Below are positions 9,881-21,900 of a stretch of DNA of 64,000 nt, piece by piece (position 1 is the stretch's first letter; every line of letters starts with the position of its first letter). The position numbers were made by a program, and so were the translations under genes. The notes below the pieces were generated by a model. It searched no databases. It had not been told where the DNA came from and was given only the letters and a program-made list of their open reading frames with translations. The stretch is from Corallococcus exiguus. Lineage in GTDB: Bacteria > Myxococcota > Myxococcia > Myxococcales > Myxococcaceae. The stretch is from positions 221,827 to 285,826 of the forward strand of contig NZ_JAAAPK010000002.1 in NCBI RefSeq assembly GCF_009909105.1, given 5' to 3'.

Positions 9881-12800
9881 ATGCCCAAGCGTACCGATAT
9901 CCGGAAGGTTCTCGTGATTGGCTCGGGCCCGATTGTCATCGGGCAGGCCGTCGAGTTCGACTACTCAGGCACCCAGGCGATCAAGGCGCTTCGGGACGAG
10001 GGCGTGGAGGTGGTGCTGCTCAACAGCAACCCCGCCACGGTGATGACGGACCCAGAGTTCGCGCACCGCACCTACATTGAACCCATCACCGTGGAGGCGG
10101 CGGAGAAGATTCTCGCCGCCGAGCGCCCGGACTCGCTGCTGCCCACCATGGGCGGGCAGACGGCGCTGAACCTGGCCAAGGCGCTCGCGGAGAAGGGCAT
10201 CCTGGAGAAGTACGGGGTGCGGCTCATTGGCGCGTCCCTGGAGGCCATCAACAAGGCCGAGGACCGCCAGCTCTTCAAGGCGGCCATGCAGAAGATTGGC
10301 GTGGCGCTGCCCAAGAGCGGCTACGCGACGACGCTCACGGACGCCATGGCGCTGGTGGAGGAGATTGGCTTCCCGGCCATCATCCGTCCGTCCTTCACGC
10401 TGGGCGGCACGGGCGGCGGCATCGCGTACAACCGCGAGGAGTTCGAGGCCATCTGCCGCTCGGGCCTCAAGGCGAGCCCCAACTCCACCATCCTCGTGGA
10501 GGAGAGCGTGCTCGGCTGGAAGGAGTACGAGCTGGAGGTGGTCCGCGACTCCGCGGACAACGTCATCATCATCTGCTCCATCGAGAACCTGGATCCGATG
10601 GGCGTGCACACCGGTGACTCCATCACCGTGGCGCCGGCGCAGACGCTGACGGACCGCGAGTACCAGCGCATGCGGCAGGCGTCGCTGGCCATCATCCGCG
10701 AGATTGGCGTCGACACGGGTGGCTCCAACATCCAGTTCGGCATCCACCCGCGCGACGGCCGCATGGTCGTCATTGAAATGAACCCGCGCGTGTCGCGCTC
10801 CAGCGCGCTGGCGTCCAAGGCGACGGGCTACCCCATCGCGAAGATCGCCGCGAAGCTGGCGCTGGGCTACACGCTGGACGAGCTGCGCAACGACATCACC
10901 CGCGACACGCCGGCCTCCTTCGAGCCGACGCTGGACTACGTGGTGGTGAAGGTGCCGCGCTTCAACTTCGAGAAGTTCCCCAAGGCGGACCGCACGCTGA
11001 CCACGAGCATGCGCTCGGTGGGCGAGGTGATGGCCATTGGCCGCACCTTCCCCGAGGCGTACATGAAGGCGCTGCGCTCCATGGAGCTGGGGCGGGTGGG
11101 CCTGGAGTCGCCGGAGCTGCCCACGGAGAAGGAAGAGCGGGAGAAGGTGCTGCACGAGGGCCTGCGCGTGCCCCGTCCGGAGCGCCCGTGGTTCGTGGCG
11201 CAGGCCTTCCGCGAGGGCATGACGGTGGAGCAGGTGCACCAGCTCTCCGCCATCGACCCGTGGTTCCTGCGGCACATCGAGGCGCTGGTGCACGAGGCGC
11301 AGTCGCTGGCGGACATCGGTCGCCTGGATCACCTGGCGGACGACGTCTTGCGTCAGGCGAAGGCGCACGGCTTCTCCGACAAGTATCTGGGCAACCTGAT
11401 GGGCTACCCGGAAGCGGAGGTGCGGGCGCACCGGCACTCGCGCGGCATCCGTCCGGTGTTCAAGCGGGTGGACACCTGCGCCGCGGAGTTCGAGGCGTAC
11501 ACGCCCTACCTGTACTCCACCTACGAGGAGGAGGACGAGGCGCCCCCCACGGACCGGCAGAAGGTCCTGATTCTTGGCAGCGGTCCCATCCGCATCGGGC
11601 AGGGCATCGAGTTCGACTACGCGTGCGTGCACGCGGCCTTCGCGCTGCGCGAGGCCGGGTACGAGACGGTGATGGTCAACTGCAACCCGGAGACGGTGTC
11701 CACGGACTACGACACGTCCGACCGCCTCTACTTCGAGCCGCTGACGATTGAGGACGTGCTGGAGGTGTCCCAGCGTGAGAAGCCGGTGGGCGCCATCGTG
11801 CAGTTCGGCGGGCAGACGCCGCTGCGCCTGAGCGTGCCGCTGGAGCAGGCGGGGCTGCCGATCCTGGGCACGTCGCCGGACGCCATCGACCGGGCGGAGG
11901 ACCGCGAGAAGTTCTCCAAGCTGATTGAGAAGCTGGGCCTGAAGCAGCCGGAGAACGGCGTCGCGCGCAGCCACGCGGAGGCCTTCAAGGTGGCCGAGCG
12001 GATTGGCTATCCGGTGATGGTGCGTCCGTCGTACGTGCTGGGCGGGCGGGCGATGGAGACGGTCTACGACGCGTCCAGCCTGGAGCGCTACATGCGCGAG
12101 GCGGTGAGCGCGTCGCCGGAGCACCCGGTGCTGATCGATCGCTTCCTGAAGGACGCCATCGAAGTGGACCTGGACCTGGTGGCGGACCGCACGGGGCAGG
12201 TGCTGATTGGCGGCGTGCTGGAGCACATCCAGGAGGCGGGCGTGCACTCGGGTGACGCGGCGGCGACGCTGCCTCCGCACTCGCTGTCGCCGGACCTGGT
12301 GGAGCGGATGAAGGACCAGGCCATCTCCATGGCGCGCGAGCTGGGCGTGGTGGGCCTGATGAACGTGCAGTTCGCCATCCAGGGGAAGAACATCTACATC
12401 CTGGAAGTGAACCCGCGCGCGAGCCGCACGGTGCCGTTCATCTCCAAGGCGACGGGCGTCCCGATGGCGAAGATTGCCGCGCTCTGCATGGTGGGCAAGA
12501 CGCTGAAGGAGCTGGACCGCACGGAGGAGCCGGAGTTCCGGCACGTGGCGGTGAAGGAGAGCGTCTTCCCGTTCGCGCGCTTCGCCGGGGTGGACGTGAT
12601 CCTGGGCCCGGAGATGAAGTCCACGGGCGAGGTCATGGGCCTGGCGGAGGACTACGCGTCCGCGTTCGCGAAGAGCCAGCTGGCGGCGGGCGTGAAGCTG
12701 CCCAAGAGCGGCCGGGTGTTCATCTCCGTGAAGGACGAGGACAAGCCGGCGGTGGTGGACCTGGCGCGGCGTCTGCGGTCGATGGGCTTCACCCTGACGG

Positions 12801-13132
12801 CGACGGCGGGCACGCACGACTACCTGCTGACGAAGGGCATCGAGTCGCAGCGGGTGCAGAAGGTGAAGGAGGGCCGGCCGAACATCGTCGACAAGATCGT
12901 CGACGGGGAGATCGTCCTGGTCATCAACACCACCTTCGGCAAGCAGGAGATCTCCGACAGCTTCTCCATCCGCCGTGAGGCGCTGATGCACTCGGTGCCG
13001 TACTACACGACGGTGCAGGCGGCGCGCATGGCGGTGGGAGCGCTGGAGTCGCTGAAGCGCTCGGACCTCGCGGTGAAGCCGCTGCAGAGCTACCTGTACG
13101 GCGAGAACGGCGTGCCCCCGGCGCGCCGGTAG
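9881..13132 (+). CDS. carB: carbamoyl-phosphate synthase large subunit
   Basis: 1083 aa; [33 protein letters not shown]..., duplicated ATP-grasp halves, MGS-like C-terminal domain. The 1008-aa antisense ORF 9965-12991 is spurious. Confidence 0.95.
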   Translation: MPKRTDIRKVLVIGSGPIVIGQAVEFDYSGTQAIKALRDEGVEVVLLNSNPATVMTDPEFAHRTYIEPITVEAAEKILAAERPDSLLPTMGGQTALNLAKALAEKGILEKYGVRLIGASLEAINKAEDRQLFKAAMQKIGVALPKSGYATTLTDAMALVEEIGFPAIIRPSFTLGGTGGGIAYNREEFEAICRSGLKASPNSTILVEESVLGWKEYELEVVRDSADNVIIICSIENLDPMGVHTGDSITVAPAQTLTDREYQRMRQASLAIIREIGVDTGGSNIQFGIHPRDGRMVVIEMNPRVSRSSALASKATGYPIAKIAAKLALGYTLDELRNDITRDTPASFEPTLDYVVVKVPRFNFEKFPKADRTLTTSMRSVGEVMAIGRTFPEAYMKALRSMELGRVGLESPELPTEKEEREKVLHEGLRVPRPERPWFVAQAFREGMTVEQVHQLSAIDPWFLRHIEALVHEAQSLADIGRLDHLADDVLRQAKAHGFSDKYLGNLMGYPEAEVRAHRHSRGIRPVFKRVDTCAAEFEAYTPYLYSTYEEEDEAPPTDRQKVLILGSGPIRIGQGIEFDYACVHAAFALREAGYETVMVNCNPETVSTDYDTSDRLYFEPLTIEDVLEVSQREKPVGAIVQFGGQTPLRLSVPLEQAGLPILGTSPDAIDRAEDREKFSKLIEKLGLKQPENGVARSHAEAFKVAERIGYPVMVRPSYVLGGRAMETVYDASSLERYMREAVSASPEHPVLIDRFLKDAIEVDLDLVADRTGQVLIGGVLEHIQEAGVHSGDAAATLPPHSLSPDLVERMKDQAISMARELGVVGLMNVQFAIQGKNIYILEVNPRASRTVPFISKATGVPMAKIAALCMVGKTLKELDRTEEPEFRHVAVKESVFPFARFAGVDVILGPEMKSTGEVMGLAEDYASAFAKSQLAAGVKLPKSGRVFISVKDEDKPAVVDLARRLRSMGFTLTATAGTHDYLLTKGIESQRVQKVKEGRPNIVDKIVDGEIVLVINTTFGKQEISDSFSIRREALMHSVPYYTTVQAARMAVGALESLKRSDLAVKPLQSYLYGENGVPPARR

Positions 13133-13146
13133 TCCCGTGAAGACTC

Positions 13147-13180
13147 GCGGCCCCTGGGTGTTGGGGGGCCGCGTGTTTCA
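13147..13180 (+). terminator. candidate rho-independent terminator downstream of carB
   Basis: GCGGCCCC-tgggtgtt-GGGGGGCCGC hairpin followed by gtgtttcac, 15 nt after the carB stop. A 430-bp noncoding gap follows. Confidence 0.45.
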
Positions 13181-13563
13181 CTCGCGTCGCGACCCGGGGA
13201 AAGCACCCGCCTTGCGATGAGTCGCATGGCCTGGCTGTTTTCACGCATTTGAAGACATGCCCTGGAGGGCTCGGGCTGCCGGAGCACTCCCGCGCCAATG
13301 CCCTGCCGGACGCGCCCATGCTGGCCGAGGGCCGTTATCCCCGCTTCGCCACCGAGGGCGAGCTCACGGCGCACTGCTATGGGCAGGAGTCCGCCGCGGC
13401 CTGATGCTGGAATGGAGCGGGTTGTAGGTGCCTGGAAGCACATGGCCTCCTGTTCAATCCAGCTCCCTCCGTGGTATCCGCATACTTTTGCGCCCCGCGA
13501 GGCCGGGGGCTCGGTCTGCTCCCGAGACGTACGAGTGCTCCCACTGACACGAGGGGTCTTGTC

Positions 13564-14337
13564 ATGACGTCGGCATCTATTCTCCGCTGGCGGTCCCCCT
13601 CGTTCCTTCTCTTGATTCCCGCGGCGTTGTCGGTGTGCCTGCTGACCAGCTGCGAAAGCCCCCAGGACAAGGTTGTTCGTGGCTTGATGGAAACCAAGGC
13701 GTGCAACGGCTGTCAGTTGGTCGGGGTGCGACTGGAGGGGGCCGTTTTGCCAGGGGCTCAGCTCCGGGACGCCGCCCTGCGGGAAGCACAGCTTGCCCGG
13801 GCGAATCTGCGTGGCGCGGACCTGAGTGGCGCCTCCCTGGCTTCGACCGACCTGCGGCACGCCGAGTTGCAAGGCGCCCTCTTCGAAGGGGCCTATCTGA
13901 CGGGCACCCAATTCCAGGACGCCAATCTGGAAGGGGCGGACCTTCGTGCGGCACGCTCCCTGGAAAGCGCTGACTTCACAGGTGCGAATCTGCGGAAGGC
14001 TCAGCTTGCAGGCAGCAGGTTTTTTGGCCCAGCCGGTCCGTATCAGCGCACCGAGCGCTCCCACTTCTACTCTGTCCCCAGCGGTGGGGCGAGCTTGCCT
14101 CGGGCGGACCTGCGAGCCGCGGACTTGAAGAACGCGGTCCTCGCATCCTGCAACCTGCAAGGCGCCCAACTTCAGGGCGCCAGCTTGCGCGATGCTTCGC
14201 TGGAGGGCGCTGACCTTCGCGGAGCGAATCTCCAGGATGCGGACCTGCAAGGGGCCCAGCTTGAGCGTGCCATCTGGGTGGATGGCACCCGCTGTGGGCC
14301 TGGCTCTATTGGCCGCTGCACCCCCGAGAAACCATGA
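13564..14337 (+). CDS. pentapeptide-repeat lipoprotein
   Basis: Signal peptide plus lipobox (LLTSCES) from ATG 13564, then more than 20 tandem A(D/N)LxG pentapeptide repeats (ANLRGADLSGASLASTDLRHAELQGA...). ORF table start 13471 is probably too early. Confidence 0.7.
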   Translation: MTSASILRWRSPSFLLLIPAALSVCLLTSCESPQDKVVRGLMETKACNGCQLVGVRLEGAVLPGAQLRDAALREAQLARANLRGADLSGASLASTDLRHAELQGALFEGAYLTGTQFQDANLEGADLRAARSLESADFTGANLRKAQLAGSRFFGPAGPYQRTERSHFYSVPSGGASLPRADLRAADLKNAVLASCNLQGAQLQGASLRDASLEGADLRGANLQDADLQGAQLERAIWVDGTRCGPGSIGRCTPEKP

Positions 14338-14346
14338 CCGTCCGTC

Positions 14347-16200
14347 TCAGCGTCTCAGGCTGTTGATCTGCTCCTCGATGAGGGCGCGGACCTTGGGATA
14401 CAGCTCTTGTCGGCTGACGGAATGTGAAACCCGCATGAAGTAGGACAAGCCTCCGTAAGAAACGGGAGGCGTGAACTCCAGCTTGTTCGAAGCAAGGGGG
14501 TACGGTTCAGCAGGCTTATAGGGAACGTGCATGCCGCTCGCTTTGGGGAGCGCCTGCATGGACGGAGAAACTCTCAGGGTGACCTCCAATTGCCCGACGC
14601 TCCGCTCCTTGAGGATGCCAACATGGGTCTCGAGCACCGCGCACAGCTCCGCGAGGGCCGCGACCGCTGGAATGCTGATCATTCCGCTGGCCTCGCGGAA
14701 GAGTCTTCCCGGATCGGTTGGAAGCGCCATCAGATTGGTCGGCAGGTACTTGTTTGCTTTCAGCCAGACCACCAGCCAGTCAAGTGTGCGCCGGATCGTG
14801 GTGACGGTTTTCCCCTGTTCGGCGATCAGCGTGCTCACAGGGGCATGATTCGCAAGAAGGGTGAAGACGAGGTTCATCAAATCGGTTCGAGCGGCGGTAC
14901 TGGCGTACCTGGCTTCACACTTTTCCAGCCGGCCAACGAAGTTGTCGAAGTTGGCATCCAGATGGAACTGCGCGTACGCGTCCTCCTTGGTGATGTCGAC
15001 GTCGACGATCCGGTTCGCGAAGGGCGATTGCGCGTACTGGGCCTTGGGGGATGAAGTCGTGTTGTCGAATTTGTGGATCTGTTGCTCAAGGACCTGGGCA
15101 AGCAGGTCCCATAATGGGCCGCTCAGGGTCTTCGGATTGATTTGAAGGAGTTTGGAGATGGCTCTCAGGGGGCTTGAGACATTCAAGTCGTCGAAAAAGC
15201 CCATGAGCGGGTAGCGTCCGCTGGCCTTTCGGGCTTGGAACGCCTTGAGCGCTGGCGACAGACTGGTCTCGACTTTGTTCAGCTCGGCCTGAAGCCGATT
15301 GGCGAGATCGTTGCTGATGATCTGTCGATTCTTTGGGGCATCGCCCGTCATCTCGACTGGCACGTCGAAGGTGATGACGTTGTTGAGCGCGCAGATGACC
15401 TCGCGGGCCTTGGCAAGGGCGGTCTTGACGCTGTTGAGGGTGTTGATGCAGCTGTCGTAGAGCGCCTTCCCCTTGGCCGGATCCATCAACAACTTCAAGT
15501 CAATCCATAGGGAAGGGTCGGCATCCTTGAGTCTCGTGGACTTGACGGCGTCCTCAAACACACGGGTGTCGAACTTTATCTTCTTGAGCTGGGCGCCGAA
15601 GTCGTCGAATTCGGACCGCTTGAAGGCATCGTGAAAAGGGAGGAGTGAGAAGTCGGCAACGACCCTCTGGGTCAGGTCGTATTTGTTGTAGACGTTGATG
15701 ATCTTGCACTCCTTGTGGAGTGCCTTGGTGTTGACGTGGTGTTGCTTCGTGAAGAACGGTGTCGAGAGATAGGTGATGCTGCGGATCTTCCAGCGCTGGG
15801 GCCATGCGACGGCTGCCTGGGCCGTCAGCTCGTTGATGACATTCCCGCCATGTGAATGGCCGATGAGATGGAATGCGACTTCCTGGTTGAGGAAGCCCTT
15901 GTAGTAGGCGCTTTGTCCGTTGGCGCCACAGAGGCGGTTGGCCAGGTAGGTCCCCGCGATCGTACGGTTGGAGGAACCATTGTCCCCCGTCCATCCGTGA
16001 GCCGTGAAGATGTGGACATGGGTGTAACGCTTGTGGATTTCGTCGATGGTCTGCCGCAGGGCGGGGTTTTCCTGCCAGTACCAGTCTGGGTCGTTGATGC
16101 TCTTCTTGCGCTGATAACTCGCGGAGCGCGCCTTCAAGTCGCTGTTGACCGGGTCTACTGTTCCGCTCACCAAGACGATGATGTTGGGAATGTCGGACAT
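14347..16200 (-). CDS. alpha/beta hydrolase-like protein (putative lipase/esterase; GHSHGG nucleophile elbow) with long C-terminal helical domain
   Basis: Start at MSDIPNIIVLVSG (ATG 16200, GAGGAAAG upstream). HLIGHSHGGNVINEL is a GxSxG motif in a hydrolase-like N-terminal about 250 aa. Local GC is clearly lower than flanking DNA. Confidence 0.6.
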   Translation of the reverse strand: MSDIPNIIVLVSGTVDPVNSDLKARSASYQRKKSINDPDWYWQENPALRQTIDEIHKRYTHVHIFTAHGWTGDNGSSNRTIAGTYLANRLCGANGQSAYYKGFLNQEVAFHLIGHSHGGNVINELTAQAAVAWPQRWKIRSITYLSTPFFTKQHHVNTKALHKECKIINVYNKYDLTQRVVADFSLLPFHDAFKRSEFDDFGAQLKKIKFDTRVFEDAVKSTRLKDADPSLWIDLKLLMDPAKGKALYDSCINTLNSVKTALAKAREVICALNNVITFDVPVEMTGDAPKNRQIISNDLANRLQAELNKVETSLSPALKAFQARKASGRYPLMGFFDDLNVSSPLRAISKLLQINPKTLSGPLWDLLAQVLEQQIHKFDNTTSSPKAQYAQSPFANRIVDVDITKEDAYAQFHLDANFDNFVGRLEKCEARYASTAARTDLMNLVFTLLANHAPVSTLIAEQGKTVTTIRRTLDWLVVWLKANKYLPTNLMALPTDPGRLFREASGMISIPAVAALAELCAVLETHVGILKERSVGQLEVTLRVSPSMQALPKASGMHVPYKPAEPYPLASNKLEFTPPVSYGGLSYFMRVSHSVSRQELYPKVRALIEEQINSLRR

Positions 16201-16247
16201 GGCTTTCCTCGTGTCGTGAACTGGGAACAACAGGGCCAGGTCCGCGC

Positions 16248-17231
16248 TCACCACTCGCCGCTGGCGCCACCTCCGCCGGAGCGACCGCCCATTCCCTTGA
16301 ACGCGGTCTCCGTCAGCGGCTGGCTCTTCAACGCGGGGTGGAGATCCAGCAGGTACTGGACCCACTTCTTCGCGTTGAGCTCCCGCGGCGTTTCGAATTC
16401 CGCCTTCCGGCGATACACGCCCCGCCATTCAGGTTGGGTTGACCACAGAGAGGCACCGTCATCCGTGCCGTAGGTCTTGGGGTGGCCTACGTTCAGACGG
16501 AAGCCCTTGGCGTGGACGTAGTTCGCGAGCAGGTTGCTCCAGAGGGAGATGATGGTCTCGCGGATGTCGACGAAGATCCCGGGATCCACCTCCATGAGCT
16601 TGAACAGGAGCAGCGAGGAGCGCTCGACCGCCGAGGACTCCAGGTAGAAGACGGGGGTGGGGCCGCCACTGTAGGGCGTGAACTTGCCGCTCTCGACCTT
16701 GCCGACCTGGAGACTTCCTGCGTTCCATCCGGGCATCCCCGGCTGCAAGAGGCCGAAGACCCAGGACCGGCGGCCCGCGAGGAAGTGATACGCATTGTAT
16801 TGAATCAAGACGGAGAGCGCCGAAAGCGGCAGGATCGACAGGGGCTTCTCCAGACCCTCGGAGAAGTTGCGCTTGAGCGTCTGCGCGGCGAACCCCTTGT
16901 TGGGATCCTGCCAGAGGACGTGGACCCAATCGCTGTGGAAGTCAGGCAGGTTGATGCCCAGCGCCGCGAGCTTGACGTCGAGCAGGAAGCGAAGCGTCCG
17001 GGTTTGCTCGAACTGCCGGGTCGACCAGGCGACGCTCGCCTGGTTCTCCTGCATGTTCTTACCGAGCCCATTGAAGAACTTGGGAAAGTCCTTGGTGAAC
17101 TCCGCCACGAGCACCGGGAGTTGCTTCTGCGGATCGCCCTGGAGCCCAGGAACGCTGAAGTGGATCCGGAATTGATTCACATGGAAGTTGCCACTGCCCC
17201 TGGCGATCTTGAGCTCCGTAAAGTCCATCAC
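16248..17231 (-). CDS. hypothetical protein (no signal peptide), middle gene of low-GC cassette
   Basis: 327-aa ORF, 4-nt ATGA overlap with upstream lipase gene. No recognisable motif; C-terminal Gly-rich tail. Confidence 0.5.
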   Translation of the reverse strand: MMDFTELKIARGSGNFHVNQFRIHFSVPGLQGDPQKQLPVLVAEFTKDFPKFFNGLGKNMQENQASVAWSTRQFEQTRTLRFLLDVKLAALGINLPDFHSDWVHVLWQDPNKGFAAQTLKRNFSEGLEKPLSILPLSALSVLIQYNAYHFLAGRRSWVFGLLQPGMPGWNAGSLQVGKVESGKFTPYSGGPTPVFYLESSAVERSSLLLFKLMEVDPGIFVDIRETIISLWSNLLANYVHAKGFRLNVGHPKTYGTDDGASLWSTQPEWRGVYRRKAEFETPRELNAKKWVQYLLDLHPALKSQPLTETAFKGMGGRSGGGGASGEW

Positions 17232-18997
17232 CTACCTCCTGGTGAAGAGCGCTGTGCCGAGCTTCTTCCCAGGCTCCCCTGGTTGATGAGAGGGAGCCTC
17301 GTCGCCACGTAGGTGTTGTCGCGGTCCATGGTCAGCCGATCCGGCTGAAGCATCTTCACGTCGAACTTCGGAGGAGGAAGATGCAGCGACTTGATGGCAA
17401 GGCCTTGCAGTCCCCCCACTTCATCGAGTGCGACCTTCAGCGTCACAAGCGGAGGAAGGAGTGTGCGAGCGAGTTTGGGCAGGGGAGAGTCGTAAGACAT
17501 AACCTCTTTCATGAAGGATTTGACCGGAGCCCCCATGATCGCGTCGATCTGCTTCATCACCGACCGGTAGAGTCTCGGGATATTGAGCACCCCCAGGCGC
17601 TTCTTGCGCATCTCCTCGACGATGGGGCTGTGGATGTTGTCGCTGGACTGGCCGGATGACTGGGGGCCTACCGTGAGCCGGGTGCGTTTGGTGGTCCCGT
17701 TGGGGCCCAGCAATCGCTGGCTGTGGAGAGCCCCAAGCGCCGCTCCCACGCTCTTGGCGGCCTGGGCGTTCCCTCCGGCATATGCGATTGCCACCGCGGC
17801 GAGCAGTTGCTTGATGTTGGAGGTCCTCATCACCGCTGGGAACAGCTCCTTCTTGACGACGATCATGAAGAGGATGCCCAGCACGTCGGTGAGGAGATCA
17901 TCCACCTTGTGCAGAGAGCCATTCTTGAGAAGCCTCCGCAGCTCCGCCGTGGCGGCTCCCTCCAGGATGGTGGCGTTGCCTGCAAGCAACGTCTCGCCTG
18001 CGAGTGAGACGACATCTCCCTGGGTGAGATAATGAGTCGCCAGCGGGCCCTTGGGGGCCTTGAGGCGGTTCGCGGTCTTTCTATCGACGCCGGGTGAGTT
18101 GAAGGTCACCACCTGGAGAACCGAGTCCCCGAAATCGACCGCCACCCGCTGCGCCATGGCGCCACCCAGGCTGTGTCCGACGACAACGACGTCCTTCCTG
18201 CCAATGCGCGTCAGCAGTGTCTGGAAGAGCGCGCGGGTCTGCTTGAAGGCAGTTGCGCCAACCCCCGCGGGGTCCATGTCCGCGACGGCATCAGGTGCCT
18301 TCTCGAACTCGGTGCCGCGGACCGCGATGATGGGATGGTTTCCACGGGATGGCTGCAGCCAGTAGGCGAACACGCCATGGGTCTTGTTATGGGGGTCGCT
18401 GCCCTCCATCTGGACAATGGTGTAGTACAGGGGCTGTATGCCCGGCTTCTTGGAGTAGGGGCGTTTGGTTGAGACGGCATAGGTCGCCGGGAACTTCAGC
18501 TCGGGCATTGCCCAGAGCTCCGGCGTTTCAGCGCGATACAGGAACCTGTCGACCTGGATGCCAGCCTGTGCGCCGCCGCCCTGGTTGTTCAGATAGGCGA
18601 AGTCGTGAGCCAGGTACTCGTAGAACTCGTGGTCGGGCGTGAAGTCCTCGGCCCATGGCTCGGGTGGCGCCTTGGGCATGACGATGGGCCGCGTGGCAAC
18701 CCGGGTGTTGTCCTGGAGGATGTGCTGGGTCTGGAGACGCAGTGCGTTCAGATCAATGTGAAGCGCATTGGAAGGCGACGCGTGTGTCTTTGCCGCTCCC
18801 GAGCCGGACGCCACCGCCAACACGTTGGACTCCGGGATGTAGACCTTGTCACCTGGTTTGATGTGGTCAGGATCGGGCCGTGTCTTCCGGAGCGCGGCGT
18901 TTCGTGGGTCTTTGTAGACGACGCGCCAGTCCGCGATCCGGTAGGACGCGGCGATGCTGTACAGCGACTCTCCGGCCTTGACGACATGCTGGGTCAT
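17228..18997 (-). CDS. LysM-domain protein fused to class-3 lipase-like alpha/beta hydrolase
   Basis: N-terminus VKAGESLYSIAASYRIADWRVVYKDPRNAAL...IKPGDKVYIP is a LysM fold signature. VVVGHSLGGAMAQRVAVDFG matches the Lipase_3 GHSLGG motif. Start overlaps stop of the giant upstream gene (ATGA). Confidence 0.65.
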   Translation of the reverse strand: MTQHVVKAGESLYSIAASYRIADWRVVYKDPRNAALRKTRPDPDHIKPGDKVYIPESNVLAVASGSGAAKTHASPSNALHIDLNALRLQTQHILQDNTRVATRPIVMPKAPPEPWAEDFTPDHEFYEYLAHDFAYLNNQGGGAQAGIQVDRFLYRAETPELWAMPELKFPATYAVSTKRPYSKKPGIQPLYYTIVQMEGSDPHNKTHGVFAYWLQPSRGNHPIIAVRGTEFEKAPDAVADMDPAGVGATAFKQTRALFQTLLTRIGRKDVVVVGHSLGGAMAQRVAVDFGDSVLQVVTFNSPGVDRKTANRLKAPKGPLATHYLTQGDVVSLAGETLLAGNATILEGAATAELRRLLKNGSLHKVDDLLTDVLGILFMIVVKKELFPAVMRTSNIKQLLAAVAIAYAGGNAQAAKSVGAALGALHSQRLLGPNGTTKRTRLTVGPQSSGQSSDNIHSPIVEEMRKKRLGVLNIPRLYRSVMKQIDAIMGAPVKSFMKEVMSYDSPLPKLARTLLPPLVTLKVALDEVGGLQGLAIKSLHLPPPKFDVKMLQPDRLTMDRDNTYVATRLPLINQGSLGRSSAQRSSPGGR

Positions 18998-21900
18998 GAC
19001 ACCCGCTCCTGCTGGGACTGAGCCCGCCGTCCCTGGCGCGCCAGCCCCAGGCCCAGCAGGAGCAACAGGGCCAGCGCCGCGCCCCCATCCCCGCTGGTTC
19101 CACAGGCGCAGCCGCCGCCCGTGCCTCCCAGGGTCCTGGCCTGTGCCTTCAGTGTGAGCGAGGCCTCCGTCGTCGTCTCTCCTCGCAGGCGCAGCTTCAG
19201 CGTTCCCTCCGCGGGGCCTCCCACCTCTCCGTGGAAGGTGACGCTCACCGTCGTCTGGGCTCCCGGCGCCAGCTCCGCGTCCAGGGCGCTCGCGTCGATC
19301 ACGAACGCCGGGTTGGTGTTCTCCACCACGCTCAACCTCGCCGGCGACGCGGACTGGTTCGTGAGCGTCACCGTGCGCGCCGTGCTGGTGGCGCCAATGT
19401 CCACCCAGCCCAGATCCAACTCCATGGGCTCGATGGTCAGGAAGCTGGCCACCGAGATGCCCGACAGGGCCACCAGCGCCGCGCGCTCCTGGTCCTTCGT
19501 GCCCAGCACCAGCGTCGCCTTCGACGCGCCAATCACTGACGTGTCGTACTTCAGATCCAGCGTCAGCGAGTCACCCTGCGGTAGCGCGCGGCCCTCCGCG
19601 CCCAGGACGGGAGACACCACCACGAAGTTCGTGGCCTGGGGTCCCTCCACCTTGGGAGGCATCACCACCAACTCCTGGGTGGTGTCATTGGTGAGCACCA
19701 CCTTCGTCGTCGCCGGCTCCGCCTGGCGCACGGTGCCGAAGTCCACCGTGCGATTGAGCGCCCGGAACACCGTGGAGAGCCCCCGGCCCGACAGCGACAC
19801 CTGCGCCTCCGGCGACTCCAGGTCGTTCGTCACCACCAGGAGGTTGGCCTTGGACGTGACGTCCGGACGGGGGACGTACTTGACGAAGACGTCCTTCGAT
19901 TCCTGGGCTGCCAGCGTGAAGGGGAGCGTGGGCGCCGAATCCAGGCTGAAGTGCGAGGGCTCGGAGTTCTCCGAAGCGGCGATGATCTCCAGCCCCCGCA
20001 CCACCAACGGCTGGAGGGACTCGTTGGTGAGCTTCACGAAGCGGATCGCCGAGGCGGAAGACTCGGCCACCCGGGCGCCAAACTCGAGCGTGGGAGTGGA
20101 CAGGCTGAGCTGGCTCGTCCGGCCCTGGCCCCCCAGCTTCACGAGCATGGTGCTCGCCTGGCTGTCTTCGGAGGTGATGCGCAGGTCCGCGTTGAAGCGC
20201 CGCTGGGCGTCAGGACGGAACTGGATCGACACATCCAGGCTTCCTCCCGGGGTCAGCGCCAGGGGCAGCGTTGGCTTCTGCAGGATGAACACTCTCGCAT
20301 CCTCCGCCTCCAGCGAGATCTCCTTCACGGTGAGCGTGTTGGCTTCCGAGCCGCTCCCGGCGTCCGGGGACCCAGCTGGCGCAACATGCGTCAGCCTCAG
20401 TCCAATGCCTTCCGAGGTCGCGTTCACCCGGGTTCCTCCAAAGTCCAGAGAACCGTCGAAGGTCTGGCCGTCACGGCGCGCCACCGCGAGCCTTGCCAGC
20501 GTGGCCGTTCCCTGAAGGGTGAGCTCCAGCGGAAGCTGGGAGGACGCCTCCACCCGCACCGTGGCCTTGGCCGTCCGGAGTCCGCCCGTCGACCCCTGCG
20601 GAGTGAAACGGAGTTTCACCGTGGCACTGCCATTCGCGGGCACCTTGGGCAGCGTCTCCTGCACGGAGAACTCCGAGTTCCCCGCGGGGATCGTCACGGA
20701 AATGTTCGCGTCGGTGATACCGGTGTTGTTCACCGTCACCGTCTTTTCCAGGGACGAGCCGAAGTTCACGCGCCCGAAGTCGATGGTAGAGGGCGACAGA
20801 CTCACGCCACCCACTCCATCCACGATCAGCTTCACGACGGTGGACGACGGATCCGCGTTGCTGGAGATGACCAGGTTGCGCTCGATCTTGAGGAGCTGGG
20901 TGGGCTTCGCGGTGACGTAGAAGGCATGCGCGGCGCCGGGCTCCACCGTGAAGGCGGGCACGACGGGACTCAGGGTGGAGGGGCAAACCGCGGTCTTCTG
21001 CGTGTCCACGCGCAGGCAGAATTGATCCGGAACGGACACGGAGTAGATCACCAGCGGGGCCTTGCCTTCGTTCTTCACCACCACCGGCTGGGGATCCCCT
21101 TCGACCGTGATGGCTTGAGGCGCGAATTCAGGTGTGCCACCGGGCAGTGCCAACACGGGGATGGTGCCCCGGCCCGAGACCGTGATGGTCTGGTCCGTGC
21201 TTTCGTTCGAATTGCTCAGCACGTGCACGGCGCCAGTCACTTCCAGCGCGGACTCGGGACGGAAGGTGACATCGAGCTGAAGGGGCACATTTCGCTCAAT
21301 GGTGACGGGGAACTGCTGGTTGTTCTGCAGCCTGGCTGTGAAGGGACCGCTCCCCGTCGCATTGGTGATGGTGAGGGGGGCGGAGCCGATGTTCGTCAAG
21401 GTGACGGTCTGGGTGCTGGAGGACAGCCGAGGGATGTCATTGAAGACAAGCTGATTCTTGTTCATCTGCAGTTGCGCGACCGCGGCGACGCCGGACAGCT
21501 TGACGATCAGCCTGGCCGTGGCCGGTGCCTTCGCGGCGAGCTCAAGGTCGCCGAAGTAGTTGCCCGGGCGCTGGGGGACGAACGTGATTTCGATCTTGCG
21601 AGTGCCATTCACCGGGATGGTGGAATTGGATCCACCAATCAGATCGATGTTGAAGGTTCCAACGCTGGTGGCCACCTCCGCCAGGTCAACCTCCACCAGC
21701 CCTGTGTTGATGATGTCCACGGGCAGCATGAGCGAGCCTCCTGGCTGCGTGGCGGGGAAGACCACGGCAGCCAATGACGTGGAGAACTTGGCCTCCGCGC
21801 CAGTCCCCTGCAGTGGGAAGCTGCGCTTCGTCTCGATATTGCTGAGAGTCCCCCGGTAGGTGATCTCCAGGCTGGCTTCGTACTCCTGGTCCTCGATGTT

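Noticed and set aside
9965-12991. 1008-aa minus-strand ORF
   Set aside because: Entirely antisense to carB, which has unambiguous family signatures; composition-driven artefact.
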